Source: Patescibacteria group bacterium
GTDB lineage: Bacteria; Patescibacteriota; Microgenomatia; UBA1400; MFAQ01
Direction: 5' to 3'
DNA length: 64,000 nucleotides
Assembly (NCBI GenBank): GCA_943355005.1
Contig: CALRDV010000003.1
Coordinates: 72,590-136,589, forward strand
Position numbers and translations under genes: made by a program. Position 1 is the first letter of the stretch; every line of letters begins with the position of its first letter. Under the pieces are notes generated by a model. It was not told the origin of the DNA. It ran no database searches and saw nothing but the letters and a program-made list of their open reading frames with translations. This document shows positions 62,231 through 64,000 of this stretch, in pieces.

Positions 62231-64000
62231 TTATTCCTCTTCGGATTCGGAGATGACCGTGACGGCGACGATACTGTCTCCATCTTTGGCGAAGCGCATA
62301 AGAATTACTCCTTGAGTGGCGCGGCCTAATCTGGGGATATTTCTGACAGGAAGCTTGATGGCTTGACCTTGTGAGGTAGTGATTAAGACGACTTCAGAAT
62401 CTTGGTCCACTAGCAATGCTCCGGAAATCTTTCCCGTTTTGTCGGCCGTTTCGCTTACCTTTAATCCCTGTCCGGAACGATTTTGAACAGGATATTCGTT
62501 TAGAGGAGTTCTCTTGCCCATGCCTTTTTCGGTGACGACTAACAAGTCCCGATAAAGCTTGACACGTTTGTCGGTGGAAACAGGCTCAACTGGGGAGAAA
62601 GATTCCATAGAAATAATGTAGTCATCGTTTTTGAGAAGAATACCTCTAACACCCATGGTGTCTCTGTCGGTAGGCCTGACATCACCTTCCTGGAATCGAA
62701 TGGATTTTCCATCTCGACTGACCAAGAGGATGTGGTCGCTACCGGAGGTTTTGTTTACCCACACAAGACTATCATCCGGAGTCAGTTTGATAGCAATGAG
62801 ACCGTTGCTCTTGATGTTTTCGTATTTACTGAGAACTGTTCTCTTTACTATACCTTTCTTGGTAGTGAAGAAAAGACAGTCGGCTTTATCAATCTTGGAT
62901 GACAGAGGTAGTATGGATTGTATTGTTTCATCGGTGTCGATATTTATCAGATTGATAATCGCTTGACCTTTGCTGATACGACTACCTTCAGGAAGTTCCC
63001 AGACTTTGAGTGAGAATACTTTTCCCTTACTACTAAAAACAAGTAACCTGTCGTGAGTATTGGCGTTGGTGAGGAGGTGTATTTCATCTGTATCTTTGAT
63101 AGTCATGCCGGAAACACCCTTGCCTCCCCTCTTTTGAGTTTTGAAGGTAGCTAGAGGCATGCGCTTGATGTAGCCGGATTTGGTGAGGGCTACGATAGTT
63201 TCTTCCGCAGGAATCAAATCTTCCTCTGAAAAAGTACCTGGGGCGTTGGCAACAATTTTTGTTTTCCTCTTTTCCGGATAATCGAGAGCCAGTTTGGTAA
63301 CTTCGTCTTTGATTATTTGAAGCACTTCTTTGGGATCTTTGAGGATGGCAATCAGTTTATCAATTTGTTTCTTTAGCTCCTGATATTCAGCTTCAATCTT
63401 GGCTCTTTCCAAAGCGGCTAATTTTCTCAGCTGCATGTCTAGAATGGCGACGGACTGGATTTCCGAAAGACCAAATTTGGCCATTAAATTTTGTTTGGCT
63501 GTTTCACTATCCGGACTCTTCTTGATAGTTTCGATGACTTCATCAATATTATTTAAGGCAATAAGTAGTCCTTCTAAGATGTGAGCGCGGTCCATGGCAG
63601 TCTTTAGCTCAAACTGACTTCTTCGTACAATAACTCCCTGGCGATGAGCGGTGTACTCCATCAAAATTTGCTTAAGATTTAGCAAGTGAGGTGTCCCGTC
63701 TGAGGTTAAAGCCACGACGTTGGCGGGGAAACTGGTTTGAAGTTCGGTGAATTTGTAAAGATTGTTTAGCACACTCTTGGGCTTGGCATCCTTCTTTAAA
63801 TCTACTGCTACAGTTAGACCAATACGGTCAGATTCGTCGCGAAGATCGGCAATGCCGTCCAATCTCTTTTTCTTTACCAGCTCGGCAATGTTTGTAATTA
63901 ATTTGGCTTTGTTGACTTGGTATGGAAGTTCGGTAATAAGGATCTGGAAGCGACCATTCTTCTTTTCTACTATTTCGGCAACTCCACGAACCATGATACT
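62231..64000 (-). CDS. gyrA: DNA gyrase subunit A, C-terminal part. The N-terminus lies beyond the window end.
   Basis: GyrA-box QKRGGKGVSG and a repeated beta-pinwheel C-terminal domain. The ORF is open to the window edge. Confidence 0.9.
   Translation of the reverse strand, partial: SIMVRGVAEIVEKKNGRFQILITELPYQVNKAKLITNIAELVKKKRLDGIADLRDESDRIGLTVAVDLKKDAKPKSVLNNLYKFTELQTSFPANVVALTSDGTPHLLNLKQILMEYTAHRQGVIVRRSQFELKTAMDRAHILEGLLIALNNIDEVIETIKKSPDSETAKQNLMAKFGLSEIQSVAILDMQLRKLAALERAKIEAEYQELKKQIDKLIAILKDPKEVLQIIKDEVTKLALDYPEKRKTKIVANAPGTFSEEDLIPAEETIVALTKSGYIKRMPLATFKTQKRGGKGVSGMTIKDTDEIHLLTNANTHDRLLVFSSKGKVFSLKVWELPEGSRISKGQAIINLINIDTDETIQSILPLSSKIDKADCLFFTTKKGIVKRTVLSKYENIKSNGLIAIKLTPDDSLVWVNKTSGSDHILLVSRDGKSIRFQEGDVRPTDRDTMGVRGILLKNDDYIISMESFSPVEPVSTDKRVKLYRDLLVVTEKGMGKRTPLNEYPVQNRSGQGLKVSETADKTGKISGALLVDQDSEVVLITTSQGQAIKLPVRNIPRLGRATQGVILMRFAKDGDSIVAVTVISESEEE

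Noticed and set aside
1-64000. A possible alternative genetic code (UGA as Gly, as in Gracilibacteria or SR1), given the CPR-like gene content.
   Set aside because: Conserved genes read through in full under the standard code, and TGA acts as a stop, for example at lspA. There are no in-frame TGA codons inside recognisable domains.

Overview
This window looks like a gene-dense stretch of a small bacterial chromosome, possibly a Candidate Phyla Radiation (Patescibacteria)-like organism, since it has many short hypothetical genes, a short EF-Ts and extended ribosomal proteins. The standard genetic code appears to apply. Core genes I can support are rpsB, tsf, frr, rseP, a HIT protein, a putative S21, yqeY, ybeY, dnaX, ybaB, recR, cysS, an SPFH protein, nadB, nadA, nadC, two Nudix hydrolases, ychF, rpsF, ssb, rpsR, an S41 protease, prfA, rpmE, dnaB, sodA, tRNA-Leu(CAA), efp, lspA with a divergent lgt-like neighbour, dksA/traR, an RluA-family synthase, a CPA2 antiporter, yebC, xerC/D, an MTH1-like Nudix and the 3' part of gyrA. 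The most striking signal is not a protein system. It is a superfamily of short hairpin repeats with conserved ends (5'-TCTGGAT or TATAGAT ... ATGACA-3') found at 16 or more loci, often as conserved composite pairs. Several copies lie inside conserved genes (rpsB, nadB, nadA, ychF, a large membrane protein, the lspA stop codon) without breaking the reading frame, which resembles Rickettsia palindromic elements. A second, unrelated palindromic repeat (CCTGCAAGGA-cca-TCCTTGCAGG) flanks and has invaded a REP-associated tyrosine transposase (RAYT, IS200-like Y1 HUH) gene at 53.6-54.4 kb. The same region carries iteron-like CCTATAA(T) repeats, a DnaA-box-like 9-mer and a frameshifted pseudogene. Other notable features are a two-gene AT-rich insertion inside the conserved dnaX-ybaB-recR operon, a cassette of four tandem paralogous small proteins with identical terminators, three tandem small Cys-rich proteins, a tandem paralog pair with a duplicated HIT gene fragment, and several candidate regulatory palindromes and a possible small RNA. 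Every call rests on reading the translated ORFs and the nucleotide sequence by eye. No database search was run, and boundaries of repeats and small features are accurate to a few nucleotides only.
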